Part shown: in pieces, positions 54,370 to 63,955 of the stretch
How positions within the stretch are numbered: the first letter of the stretch is position 1
How the letters are laid out: every line of letters begins with the position of its first letter
Origin: an uncultured Acidobacteriota bacterium
Lineage (GTDB): Bacteria > Acidobacteriota > Thermoanaerobaculia > Multivoradales > UBA5704
DNA: 64,000 nucleotides
Assembly (NCBI GenBank): GCA_963770895.1
Contig: CAVYRF010000002.1
Span: 704,001 to 768,000 of the forward strand
Direction of reading: 5' to 3'
The notes under the pieces: model-generated
What the model was told of the DNA's origin: nothing
Seen by the model: only the letters and a program-made list of their open reading frames with translations
Databases searched by the model: none
Made by a program: the position numbers and the translations under genes

Positions 54370-54711
54370 GCGGTGGCAGTGGCAGAGCCTAGCCTACATC
54401 GAGGGGGCGTCAGGGGAGTTAAGTAATCCCCTCCGGAGATCGTGACCATGGTGGGTAGTTGTCTTCGGGAGGGCAAAATGGGATTGTCTTGGTGGTCTAC
54501 AAATGGTGCCCCTGAAAATGTGGCTCGCCTCTCGGCAAGCTTATGCCGCGCTACAATGCGCGACCCGTTCCATTGCAGCAGCCACAGGCATCACCTACGC
54601 CACCTGAGCTAAACTTGAACTCATTTAGCGATCGGTTTGTTTCTATTAGATCGCGCATGGACGACCGCTCGCGTTGTACCTCAACTGTATAGATATAGTC
54701 GCCGTCCTTAA

Positions 54712-56003
54712 GTGACTGGCACGAAATAACTGCTTGATATCTACCCTCGCGTCAGGTACACTTGATGGGTGGACATCGAGTCCCTGCGCGCGAAATACGA
54801 AAGCCTTGCTCCAGCACTGACAGAACGATCACGGCGACTCTGGGCGGCCACCGAGGCGCGGGCGTTGGGGCACGGCGGGATTGCCTTGGTGGAGCGCGCG
54901 ACCGGCATCTCTCGATCCACGATCGCACGTGGCATCCAAGAGACGAAAGCCGGCGCCAGGTTCGGGCCGGAGCGCACGCGTAGGCCGGGGGGCGGCCGCA
55001 AGAAGACGATCGATAAGGACGCGACGCTGCTGACCGACTTGGAAGCCTTGGTCGAACCGACGGCTGCCGGTGATCCTCAGTCGCCCCTGCGTTGGACGTC
55101 AAAGAGCGTGCGTCGCTTGGCGGCGGAGCTTCAAGTGTTGGGGCACATTGCAAGCCACCGTCTGGTCGCCGAGCTCCTGCAGGCGAGCGGCTACAGTTTG
55201 CAGGCTAACCGGAAGACCCGCGAGGGATCTCAGCATCCTGATCGCGACGCGCAGTTTCGCTACATCAACGAGCAGGTGCGTCGCTACCACAAACGGGAGC
55301 AGCCGGCCATTTCGGTGGACACGAAGAAGAAGGAATTGATCGGAGACTTCAAGAATGCCGGCCGGGAGTGGCGGCCGAAAGGCGAGGCCGAGCCCGTGCG
55401 GGTGCACGACTTCGTGATCCCCGAGCAGGGCAAGGCGATTCCCTACGGCGTCTACGACCTGCACCGCAACGAGGGCTGGGTCAGTGTCGGGATCGATCAC
55501 GACACGGCGAGCTTCGCGGTGCACGCGATCCGGCGATGGTGGCAACTGATGGGCCGAGCGGTTTACGGTAGCGCCACATCGCTGCTCATCACGGCGGATA
55601 GCGGCGGGAGCAACGGAGCCCGCGTCCGCCTGTGGAAGTGGGAGCTACGAGAGCTCGCCGAACGCACTGGCCTCTCGATCACCGTCTGCCACCTCCCTCC
55701 CGGGACCAGCAAGTGGAACAAGATCGAGCACCGCTTGTTCTCCTACATCGCGATGAACTGGCGCGCCAAACCGCTGGTGAGCCTGGCCGCCATCGTCAGC
55801 CTGATTGGCTCGACCACCACGACGGCTGGGCTGAGGGTCAGGTCCGAGATCGACAAGGGTAGCTATCCGCAAGGCCTCGCCATCACGGACCAACAGATGG
55901 ATCAGATCAATCTCAAGCGTCACACCTTCCACGGGGACTGGAACTACACAATTTACCCAGGCAAACCTCAGAGCAAGTAAAGCAGTTATTTCGTGCCACG
56001 CCC
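54712..56003 (+). mobile_element. ISAzo13-family IS, copy 2 (1292 bp)
   Basis: Same termini and same transposase as copy 1; TAA target duplication. Confidence 0.92.
54769..55980 (+). CDS. ISAzo13-family transposase
   Basis: Protein identical to 20621-21832. Confidence 0.93.
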   Translation: MDIESLRAKYESLAPALTERSRRLWAATEARALGHGGIALVERATGISRSTIARGIQETKAGARFGPERTRRPGGGRKKTIDKDATLLTDLEALVEPTAAGDPQSPLRWTSKSVRRLAAELQVLGHIASHRLVAELLQASGYSLQANRKTREGSQHPDRDAQFRYINEQVRRYHKREQPAISVDTKKKELIGDFKNAGREWRPKGEAEPVRVHDFVIPEQGKAIPYGVYDLHRNEGWVSVGIDHDTASFAVHAIRRWWQLMGRAVYGSATSLLITADSGGSNGARVRLWKWELRELAERTGLSITVCHLPPGTSKWNKIEHRLFSYIAMNWRAKPLVSLAAIVSLIGSTTTTAGLRVRSEIDKGSYPQGLAITDQQMDQINLKRHTFHGDWNYTIYPGKPQSK

Positions 56004-56087
56004 TAATCTTGATGAGCGAGGAGGTTCTCCCCTTGCTCTGTAGTTCATGGATCAAGGCAGCCGCGTAGTTGTCTTCTCTGGCCATGC

Positions 56088-56543
56088 TCATCCCCTTTTC
56101 AATTTGTCCATTGCTAGCCGTTCGCTCTTGAGAGTTTCGTAGAACTGCATAGCGGCTCTATTCTCAAGCAAAAGATCTTTTCCCGTCTTATTCAGCGTTG
56201 GCATCTTTCCGCATGCATCAATTTCATTATATATTCGTATAAAAGTGTCCCTGAAGGTCCTGCGGATAACCTGAGGGTCAACCATCTCACCTTCCTCGCA
56301 GAGCGCCAGAAGCTCCAGACTGTTCACTGCCCTTACAACATCTGGCACGATAGGCGAGGCAGGATCTATGTCATGGAGTTTGGACAAATAGTCCCACAAG
56401 GGCACTATCAATTGTCGCTGACTCAAGAGTTTCTGTCCCCTATACACACGCCAAGATACCCATATTGCTGCACCGGCTGAGATTGCTGAGATTAACGTCG
56501 AAACCGCAGTAAGCACCTCAGTCGCAGAAGGTGTAGAAGCCAT
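56088..56543 (-). CDS. Hypothetical protein with N-terminal TM (DUF4760-like)
   Basis: TM followed by VNSLELLALC..GEMVD..I; AGGAG RBS. Confidence 0.6.
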   Translation of the reverse strand: MASTPSATEVLTAVSTLISAISAGAAIWVSWRVYRGQKLLSQRQLIVPLWDYLSKLHDIDPASPIVPDVVRAVNSLELLALCEEGEMVDPQVIRRTFRDTFIRIYNEIDACGKMPTLNKTGKDLLLENRAAMQFYETLKSERLAMDKLKRG

Positions 56544-56558
56544 ACGACTCCTAGTTGT

Positions 56559-56774
56559 CTACTTCGGTGGAGATACGACCTGATAGGTAAACCGCAGTCG
56601 TAGCGTCGAGGCGCTATCGTTATTTGCGAGGTGCACATGCAGGTCGGCATTTCTTTCTGGTATTACAGCGAGATCGAAGTCAACGCCAATGGTCTGCTGC
56701 TGGCCAGGCCCGAGAGCCGTGCCTCCTTGTTGGACTGCTGCGAGCGCTGTTTGGATGAATTTCTCCAGGTCCAC
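56559..56774 (-). CDS. Small hypothetical protein, Trypco2-like
   Basis: GGAGGT RBS; DLEKFIQTAL..V..G, VDFDLAV, LRLRF. Confidence 0.55.
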   Translation of the reverse strand: MDLEKFIQTALAAVQQGGTALGPGQQQTIGVDFDLAVIPERNADLHVHLANNDSASTLRLRFTYQVVSPPK

Positions 56775-57513
56775 GATTGCTACCTCCCTACAGTATAGCA
56801 TATCATAGGTTGCCGGACCTTCAGGTTCCTGTAGGTCGCCTTGCCGGGCGGAGGCGTGTTCGCTGCCTGGACCCTTGCAGCAGGCCCAGGCAGTGAACGA
56901 TCTGAGAGGCGCCTTGGGGCGCGTGGCGGATCTACTTGTGTAGGCAGGCGGTCATCGCTTGCAGGTGCCGCCGGAACGGACTCGGCTCCTTGGGCGCCTT
57001 GAACACCATGCGGAAGAACTCAGCGGGCGCCATGTCCTGCGGATTCCGTCGAAGGCGACCACCTGTTCCGACGCAAGGCGACCAGTCTGGTCGGAGCGAA
57101 GCGACGAAGAGGCTCGGGTTGGGTTCAGGTGGTCGTCTTGGTGCTTGTCTCCTGGTTTCGTTCAAACAGTGTATCCCGTCGTCGTCGGGGTTGTGGGAGG
57201 TGCGTGAAAGCGGCGAGGGTGGGCGGTGGAGGGCGGGCGGGTGGCGGGCCGGGAGCCGGTTTCCGAGGGGCTGCGGTAACGGCGGACCGGGAGCCGCGGT
57301 GGGCGGGGGCCGTGGAGCGTAGCGACACGGGCGGCTCCCGTCGGGTCCGCGGTTTCCGCAGCCCCGGCACCTTCCACAGCCCGTGCGTGCGCTGGGCGGG
57401 CGGTACAGCGCCCTTGGACGCAGCGGCGGTGCCGTTCAGCCACTGCCGGAGCCGAGACCATAGGAAGGCCAGCAGGCGCGCGTAGCGCGCGCCGCCGCGG
57501 TCGGTCGTCCGCG

Positions 57514-58281
57514 TCATCGCGCCCCCGTTGCGGGCGCCGCGTTGGTTTGCAGCGCTTTTCGTTTGCGCATCGATTCCTTGGTGCTGAGAGGCAGCTGGTA
57601 GGCGTTGTGCACCAGCCGATCGAGCACCGCGTCGGCCAGTGTCGCGTCGCCGATGGCGTCGTGCCAGGCGGCCACCGGCAGCTGGCTCGTCACCACCGTC
57701 GAGCGGCGGCCGTATCGGTCCTCGAGGATCTCGAGCAGATCGCGCCTCTGGACGTCGGTGAGTGGGTGCAAGGCCCAGTCGTCGAGCACCAGCAGGTCGG
57801 CGCGGGCCAGCGCCGCAAGCAGTTTGCCGTAGCGGCCGTCGGCTTTGGCCAGGCCGAGGTCCGGCAGCAGCCTCGGCAGCCGGTGATAGAGCACCGAAAA
57901 TCCTTCGCGGCATGCTTTCTGCGCCAAGGCGCAGGCCAGGTAGCTTTTGCCGCTGCCGGTCGGCCCGGTGATCAAGACGTTGAGATGCTCGGCGATCCAT
58001 TGGCACGAGCACAGAGCTGCAAACAGCGCCCGGTCCAGCCCGCGCGGCGTGCGCAGGTCCACGTCCTCGATCGCCGCGGCCTGCCCGAGCCGCGCTTTGT
58101 CGAGCCGCATCTTGAGCCGTCGGTTCTCCCGTTCCGTCAGCTCGCGGTCGACCAGCAGCCCCAGCCGTTCCGCGAAGCTCAGCTCTTCGATGCCGGACAG
58201 CGCCTGTTGCTCTTCGAGGGCCTTCGCCATGCCGGTCAGCCGCAGCGCCTGCAGCTTGTCGAGTGTCGGATGGCTCAGCAT
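57514..58281 (-). CDS. istB: IS21 helper ATPase
   Basis: [30 protein letters not shown]. Confidence 0.93.
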   Translation of the reverse strand: MLSHPTLDKLQALRLTGMAKALEEQQALSGIEELSFAERLGLLVDRELTERENRRLKMRLDKARLGQAAAIEDVDLRTPRGLDRALFAALCSCQWIAEHLNVLITGPTGSGKSYLACALAQKACREGFSVLYHRLPRLLPDLGLAKADGRYGKLLAALARADLLVLDDWALHPLTDVQRRDLLEILEDRYGRRSTVVTSQLPVAAWHDAIGDATLADAVLDRLVHNAYQLPLSTKESMRKRKALQTNAAPATGAR

Positions 58282-59088
58282 GGCGGCAGTTCCTCGCCGG
58301 CGCCGCTGCCGTAGTAGCTGGCTCCGCGCAGGTTCTCGTGCTGGGGCAGGCGCGCCGACGGCTCGCCTGCCGGCGGTTCCGCCTGCCGGTCCAGTCCGGT
58401 CTCCAGAATCGAACGCACACTGCGGTACGACAGGGCGCCGGCGGCCAACGCCCGCGCACAGGCCGCGGCCAGCCGTTCCCCGCCGTACCGCTCGCCCAAC
58501 CGCATGATGCCCAAGCAGGTGCGGAAACCCTGCTGGGCGTGGATCCGCGTCGCCAGAATCGCCTCGACCAACGCCGCGACGGACGGGCCGCTGCTCTGCG
58601 CCCACTGCACCAGCCGGTGCGGCGTCCACGCGGCGTAGTCACGGTGCGCTCGCGGCATGTGTCCGCCCTGGGTGGTGTGCCCTGCACGGCGGAAGCTGCG
58701 CAGATGGCTTGCCACTCGCCGCCCGCGCACGAAGACTTCCACGGTCTTGGCGGTCAGCCGCGCCTCCACCGCCTGGCCCACCAGTTGGTACGGCACGCTG
58801 TAATAGTGGCCTTCGATCTCGACGTGATAGTCGATGTGCACCCGCGCCTTCTTCCACTCCGCATAGACGAACCGCTCGGCCGGCAGCGCGCGCAGCGCCG
58901 GCCGCTCCAGGCTCTCGAACTGCGATCGCCGGCAGCCGGGCAGTTTGCGAAACGGCCGCTCGTTGAGCCGGCTCAGCAGCTCGCGGATCGCCGTGTTGAG
59001 CTCGCCAAGCGAGAAAAACTGCCGGTGCCGCAGACGCGCCAGGATCCAGCGCTCGACCACCTGCACGCCGACCTCGACTTTGGCCTTG
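58275..59088 (-). pseudogene. istA: istA 3' half
   Basis: [12 protein letters not shown]...YYSVPY...[10 protein letters not shown]. Confidence 0.88.
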
Positions 59089-59122
59089 GAGAAGGCAGTC
59101 AACTACAGCAGCTTCAACAGAT

Positions 59123-59395
59123 GTGCGGCCGCTTGTTCGAGTGACACACCCGTTCCATCCCTTGTCTGGTTGCGAGTTCGAACTGGTGGAGTACAAGCAG
59201 GCGTGGGGCGAGGATCGCGTCTACTTCCTCGATGATAAGGGCCGGCTTCACCACATGCCCATCGGATGGACCAACGTTGCGCCGCTGGACCCATTCCGGG
59301 TGATGGCGGCCGGCCAGAGCCGGTTCAGGACGGAGGATCTCCTGCGGCTGGCTAACCTCATTACCCAACTTAAAGACGAAGCAAGAGTAAAGTAA
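59123..59395 (+). CDS. DUF5372 / Y4bD-like small protein
   Basis: VTHPFHPL.G..F, WGEDRV, P..WT, DPF, DLL.L. Confidence 0.75.
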   Translation: MRPLVRVTHPFHPLSGCEFELVEYKQAWGEDRVYFLDDKGRLHHMPIGWTNVAPLDPFRVMAAGQSRFRTEDLLRLANLITQLKDEARVK

Positions 59396-59511
59396 ATTAT
59401 GCCGCTAGTGTCAAGGGAACTATGCCGCCGCACTCGGTTTCAAAACGCATAGGCGTGCCCAGAGAAAGCACAGCAATCTCCGTAGATTACGTAGTTGCGC
59501 GTCGCGGGGGC

Positions 59512-59540
59512 TTGACTGTGCTCTAGATAGACGGCATAAT
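59512..59540 (+). promoter_or_regulatory. Sigma70-like promoter of the recombinase operon
   Basis: TTGACT-17-CATAAT upstream of GGAG and ATG 59568. Confidence 0.7.
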
Positions 59541-59567
59541 TCCTCTTACACATGTTGGAGATCACTG

Positions 59568-60035
59568 ATGCCAGACCGCAAGCCCTCCGATCCGAAGCTC
59601 GCCGCCTTGCGGGAGCGCCGGACCCTCAACCCGCGGCCGGAGCGCGTCACCGACGAGCTCTTCGCACGGTCGGACTTCTTCGATCCAAGAGATCTTCTCC
59701 AGGTCAAGTACGAGATGATCCGGCGTGCGCAGGTCGACGAGGCGCCTGTCGCCGAAGCGGCAGAGGCTTTCGGCTTCTCGCGGCCCTCGTTCTACAAGGC
59801 GCGCGACGCCTTCGCCGACGGCGGGCTCGCTGGCCTCTTGCCACGCAGGCGCGGGCCGCGAGAGGCTCATAAGCTCAGCCCGGACGTGATGGCCTTTATT
59901 GAAGAGCAGCGGGGGGCCGACCTCTCGCTCACCGCGGCGGCGCTCGTGCCCCTGGTCAAGGAACGCTTCGGTGTTGAGGTTCATCCCCGCAGCATCGAGC
60001 GTGCGCTGCGTCGGCTGGAAAAAAAACGACGGTGA
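59568..60035 (+). CDS. HTH protein of the recombinase element
   Basis: FFDPRDLLQVKYEM, FGFSRPSFY, GP..AHKL, VHPRSIERAL. Confidence 0.8.
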   Translation: MPDRKPSDPKLAALRERRTLNPRPERVTDELFARSDFFDPRDLLQVKYEMIRRAQVDEAPVAEAAEAFGFSRPSFYKARDAFADGGLAGLLPRRRGPREAHKLSPDVMAFIEEQRGADLSLTAAALVPLVKERFGVEVHPRSIERALRRLEKKRR

Positions 60036-60343
60036 CCTCCGTGTCCGACTCTGTCATGGCGGGAGCGCAAGATGCCCTGATCGCTGGCTACGAGGATCTC
60101 CGGCGTAGCGCGCTCGGTCGTCTTGCCGGGTCAAGTCGTGAGGTTGGATGGGGATTGTTCATCCGCAGTGGCATGGCCGCCTGGATGGAGAGGTGCGCGG
60201 CGCTGATCAGGCCGTCCGAGGCGGGGGCTCGGCGATCAGCCGCGGAGCCATCTTTCATGCCACAGGACTTCCGAGTCGAAGTGGCCATGCTCCTTGCCGA
60301 AATGGCTCTGTCGGCTTACGCCCCGAGAGGAGTGACGACATGA
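60032..60343 (+). CDS. Small hypothetical protein of the recombinase element
   Basis: YEDLR, G.GLF...GMAAW; 4-nt overlaps on both sides. Confidence 0.7.
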   Translation: MTSVSDSVMAGAQDALIAGYEDLRRSALGRLAGSSREVGWGLFIRSGMAAWMERCAALIRPSEAGARRSAAEPSFMPQDFRVEVAMLLAEMALSAYAPRGVTT

Positions 60344-62421
60344 TGGGCAACGAAGCGCACCAGAAGGTCACGGCCCGACACCTTAAGCGAAACGCCTACC
60401 TCTACATCCGGCAGTCCACGCTGCGACAGGTCTTCGAGAACACCGAAAGTACCGATCGCCAGTACGCCCTGAGGCAGCGAGCGGTAGCGCTAGGTTGGGC
60501 CCAGGAGCAGATCATCATCATTGACTGCGACCAGGGGCAGTCGGGCGCGTCGGCGGAGCGACGCGACGGCTTCCAGAGACTTGTCGCCGATGTCGGCATG
60601 GGACGCGCGGGAATCGTGATGGGGCTCGAGGTGTCGCGGCTGGCGCGGAACTCCTCCGACTGGCATCGGCTCCTCGAGATCTCTGCGCTCAGCGACACGC
60701 TCATCCTCGACGAAGATGGCGTCTATGACCCCGCGCACTTCAACGACCGCCTTCTGCTTGGCCTCAAGGGCACCATGAGCGAGGCGGAGCTGCACGTGCT
60801 GCGGGCGCGACTACGGGGCGGCATCCTCAACAAGGCGCGCCGCGGCGAGCTTGAGTCGCCACTTCCCATTGGCTTCCGTTACGACGCTCAACAGCGCGTT
60901 ATTCTCGATCCTGACAAGCAGGTGCAGGAGACGATCCGCACCTTCTTCCAGATTTTCCGCCGCACAGGTTCGGCGACCGGAACGATGAAGGCCTTCCGCG
61001 CACAGGGACTCCGGTTTCCTCACCGCGTGCGGACGGGGCCGGCCAAAGGTGAGGTGATCTGGGGAGATCTGCAGCATTCCCGTGCCCTCTGGGTGCTGCA
61101 CAATCCGCGATTTGCCGGAGCCTTCTTCTTTGGCCGTAGTCGACAACGCCACTATGGGAATCGCAGCGGCACGTTTGAGAGGTTGCCGCGGGAGGAGTGG
61201 ACCGCACTCATCCGCGATTCGCACCCAGGCTACATCACCTGGGACGAGTTCGAGGAAAACCAGCGACGCCTGCGCGAGAACTCGCAAGCCCAAGGCAGCG
61301 AACGCCGCAAGAGCCCTCCCCGAGAAGGGCCAGCACTCCTCCAGGGTTTGGTGATCTGCGGTGTCTGCGGTGAACGGATGACGGTCCGTTACAACCACAG
61401 CTACGGCAAGCGCCTAACTGTCTACACCTGCCAGCGACAAGGCATCGAGCGCGGCGAACCCTTATGCCAGAGCATCTCGGGCACCCACATCGATGCGGCG
61501 GTCGGGCGCCTCCTCGTCGAAGCCATGACGCCGATGGCTCTCGAGGCCACGCTGACGGTTCAGCAGCAGCTTCAGTCGCGCGCCGATGAAGCGGAGCGGC
61601 TATGGTCTCGACAGGTCGAGCGCGCTCGTTATGAGGCGGACCTGGCACGCCGGCGTTTCATGCAGGTCGATCCCGATAATCGTCTGGTGGCTGACGAACT
61701 CGAGGCTGACTGGAACCGGAAGCTGCGGACGCTCACCAGTGCTCAGGAAGAGTATGAGCGACGGCGGAAAGCCGAGACAATAGTTATCGATGAAGCGCAA
61801 CGCTCGCGCATCCTCGCCCTCGCTACGGATCTGACGAAGCTCTGGTACGAGCCAACGACGACGGATCGCGACCGCAAACGGATGGTCAGGCTTCTCATCG
61901 AAGATGTAACACTCAGCAGAGGAACACAGATCACGGCGCAGATTCGCTTCCGCGGTGGCGCAACCACGACACTGGGCCTCCCGCCCGCGTTGCGAGTTTG
62001 GGAGATCTCTCAAACCAGCAAGGAGGTGGTGGCGGAAATCGACAGGTTGCTCGACCATCATACCGACAAACAGATCGCAGCCATCCTCAACCAACAAGCT
62101 TTCCGGTCAGGCAGTGGCAAGAACTTCAAGCCGGTATTCGTCTATCGAATCCGCTTGGAATACAAGCTCCGGAGCCGATACGATCGTCTTCGGGCGGCGG
62201 GTATGATGGACATCACGCAGATCGCCAAGCGGCTCAACGTCACTCCCTGCACGATCAAGCTCTGGCGCCGCGCGGGCCTGCTCAAGGCCCATGCATACAA
62301 CGACAAGGGCCAGCACCTTTTTGAGCTTCCAGGTGCCGACCGGCCTATCAAATTCAAACACAAGCCGCAGCCCTTGCGGCCCACGGTGCGGCACGCAAGT
62401 CGCACCGATTCCAACGGATGA
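60340..62421 (+). CDS. Large serine recombinase (resolvase + recombinase + Zn ribbon)
   Basis: YIRQST, DQGQSG, SRLARN, LLLGLKGTMSEAE, CGVCG, VDPDNRLVA. Confidence 0.92.
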   Translation: MMGNEAHQKVTARHLKRNAYLYIRQSTLRQVFENTESTDRQYALRQRAVALGWAQEQIIIIDCDQGQSGASAERRDGFQRLVADVGMGRAGIVMGLEVSRLARNSSDWHRLLEISALSDTLILDEDGVYDPAHFNDRLLLGLKGTMSEAELHVLRARLRGGILNKARRGELESPLPIGFRYDAQQRVILDPDKQVQETIRTFFQIFRRTGSATGTMKAFRAQGLRFPHRVRTGPAKGEVIWGDLQHSRALWVLHNPRFAGAFFFGRSRQRHYGNRSGTFERLPREEWTALIRDSHPGYITWDEFEENQRRLRENSQAQGSERRKSPPREGPALLQGLVICGVCGERMTVRYNHSYGKRLTVYTCQRQGIERGEPLCQSISGTHIDAAVGRLLVEAMTPMALEATLTVQQQLQSRADEAERLWSRQVERARYEADLARRRFMQVDPDNRLVADELEADWNRKLRTLTSAQEEYERRRKAETIVIDEAQRSRILALATDLTKLWYEPTTTDRDRKRMVRLLIEDVTLSRGTQITAQIRFRGGATTTLGLPPALRVWEISQTSKEVVAEIDRLLDHHTDKQIAAILNQQAFRSGSGKNFKPVFVYRIRLEYKLRSRYDRLRAAGMMDITQIAKRLNVTPCTIKLWRRAGLLKAHAYNDKGQHLFELPGADRPIKFKHKPQPLRPTVRHASRTDSNG

Positions 62422-62446
62422 GGTGCAGTATGAAGCGCAGCCTTTG

Positions 62447-63208
62447 TCCCGCGGTTTGCGCACCCGCGCCGGCAGCACCGCCACACCGTAGTGCTGCGCC
62501 AGCTCCTGATAGGTCCGGTTCGATCTCCGGCTCGTACCGGCACGCCTTGCTCACGCCCGACCGCAGATTGTCGATCACTACGGTTTCCGGCACACCGCCG
62601 CTGAACTCGAAGGCCCGCACGTGCGAGCCCAGCCAGTCCGGCAGCCCCTGCGTCCAGGTCGCCTCCGCGAACGTGTGGTTGCTGGCGCCCCACACTGCCA
62701 CGAACACCTGCGCCTCGCTCACCACGCCGGTCGCTGCATCGATCACCGGCACCGTCTTGCCGCAATAGTCGACGAACAGAGCCTCGCCGGCGCGGTGCAC
62801 CTGCCGCATCGTCACATCGGCCCGCCGCCGCCATCTCTGGTAGAGCTCGCAGTAGCGGCTATATCTGTACCCTTGTGGTTCCTGCTCTTGATACTCCTCC
62901 CACAGCAGCTGCAGCGTCACACCTTTCCCTTTGAGCTCTTGGTGCACCGTAGCCCAGTCCACCGACGCCCGCTGCGCGGCCGGCACCGCCTCCGGCGGCG
63001 GGTACAGCCGCCGCTCCAACTCGTCGTCGCTCAGCGGCTGCGCTTCAGACCAGCTCAACCCACTGCGGCGCGCCCGCGCGCCGCACTCCGCTACCGCCGT
63101 CTTGCTCGACCCGCAGCAGGCCGCCGCTTGGCGCTGGCTCAGCCCGCAGACCATCAGCAAACGCAGGATCTCTCGAATCTTCCTCATGCTCACTCTCCGT
63201 GCTGGCAT
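62447..63208 (-). pseudogene. istA: istA 5' half (also an extra base near 62521)
   Basis: MRKIREILRL, LLWEEY, FVDY, DNLRSGV; frameshift at EPEI/NRTY. Confidence 0.88.
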
Positions 63209-63661
63209 CTCGACTCCTGATCGTCAAACGACCAGGATGCCAGAGGTTTGTGAGCCCCTCCAAACGCTTATCGCGCATGCACTTACGGCGCATCGCGACC
63301 GGCATTCCGGGGAAGGCGACCACCCTTCCGGGCTTGGCGACCACCCTTACGGCGGTCACACCCAAACCGGTCGTCTTCCCGTCGGAATCACTGGTCGCCT
63401 TCCGCCCGGAACGGTGGTCGCCTTCGCCCCGGAATCGGTGGTCGCCTTCGACCGGATTACGCACCATGTCCACCGCTTCTACGATTGCCAGCACCTGCCA
63501 CAACCGTAGGTCGGTCCTGCCGGTTAGAGCACGCTGCACGTCGCATGTGAAGCCCCGACCCTGAAGGCGGCGGGACATCTCCACTCGGCTCACCCCTGCC
63601 AATCCGACGAGACGGCAAAGCGCCTGGTGCGACCGCTCGGCGTCCGGGTGACGGCCAGTCG

Positions 63662-63955
63662 TCATGACAGCCTCCCTTCGATCGACTCCGCTATGGCGCC
63701 GACCTTCCCAGCCATCTTGCCGGCGAACCGGGCCAAGTCGTCGTCCGGCGGCGGGAGCGATGAGGCGCTGTGCGCATCGCCGGTCATGGATAGGTAGCCT
63801 TCGAGATACCGGAGATCGGCGGCGGCGGCGCGCAACTCGTCGCGGGTCGGAGACTCGGTGAATGGCCCGCGTGTCGTCTCCAGAGCGTACAGGTACAGCA
63901 TTCGGCTCAGGCGGCGGATGGCCTTCCGGTCCTTTGCGTTGTCGATACTGCGCAT
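63662..63955 (-). CDS. Hypothetical protein
   Basis: 97-aa ORF with ATGA overlap into the HTH gene. Confidence 0.55.
   Translation of the reverse strand: MRSIDNAKDRKAIRRLSRMLYLYALETTRGPFTESPTRDELRAAAADLRYLEGYLSMTGDAHSASSLPPPDDDLARFAGKMAGKVGAIAESIEGRLS

Larger units (their letters stand above)
54551..56091 (-). pseudogene. Small protein ending CGCCNGTG, split by ISAzo13
   Basis: Removing the IS and one TAA restores ...SLIKIKDGDYIYTVEV...DACGCCNGTGRAL*. Confidence 0.7.
59089..62446 (+). mobile_element. Large serine recombinase element (about 3.36 kb) inserted in istA
   Basis: Splits PRDK/AKVE; TTG core at both junctions (59086-88 and 62444-46); four genes; no long TIR. Confidence 0.85.
57038..63463 (-). 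mobile_element. IS21-family element (istAB), interrupted
   Basis: TGCG..ATCCG termini with tandem GAAGGCGACCA boxes; 8-bp TSD CCATGTCC. Confidence 0.92.
56932..63665 (-). pseudogene. XRE-like HTH gene split by IS21
   Basis: Removing the IS and one TSD gives ...LAIVEAVDMAPAEFFRMVF...* in frame. Confidence 0.7.

Noticed and set aside
20564-56003. Composite transposon bounded by the ISAzo13 copies
   Set aside because: Each copy has its own TSD and splits its own gene
63300-63463. Tandem ~22-bp GGTCGCCTTC repeats resembling a CRISPR array or iterons
   Set aside because: They match the repeats at 57038-57090 and are IS21 end boxes; no unique spacers or cas genes
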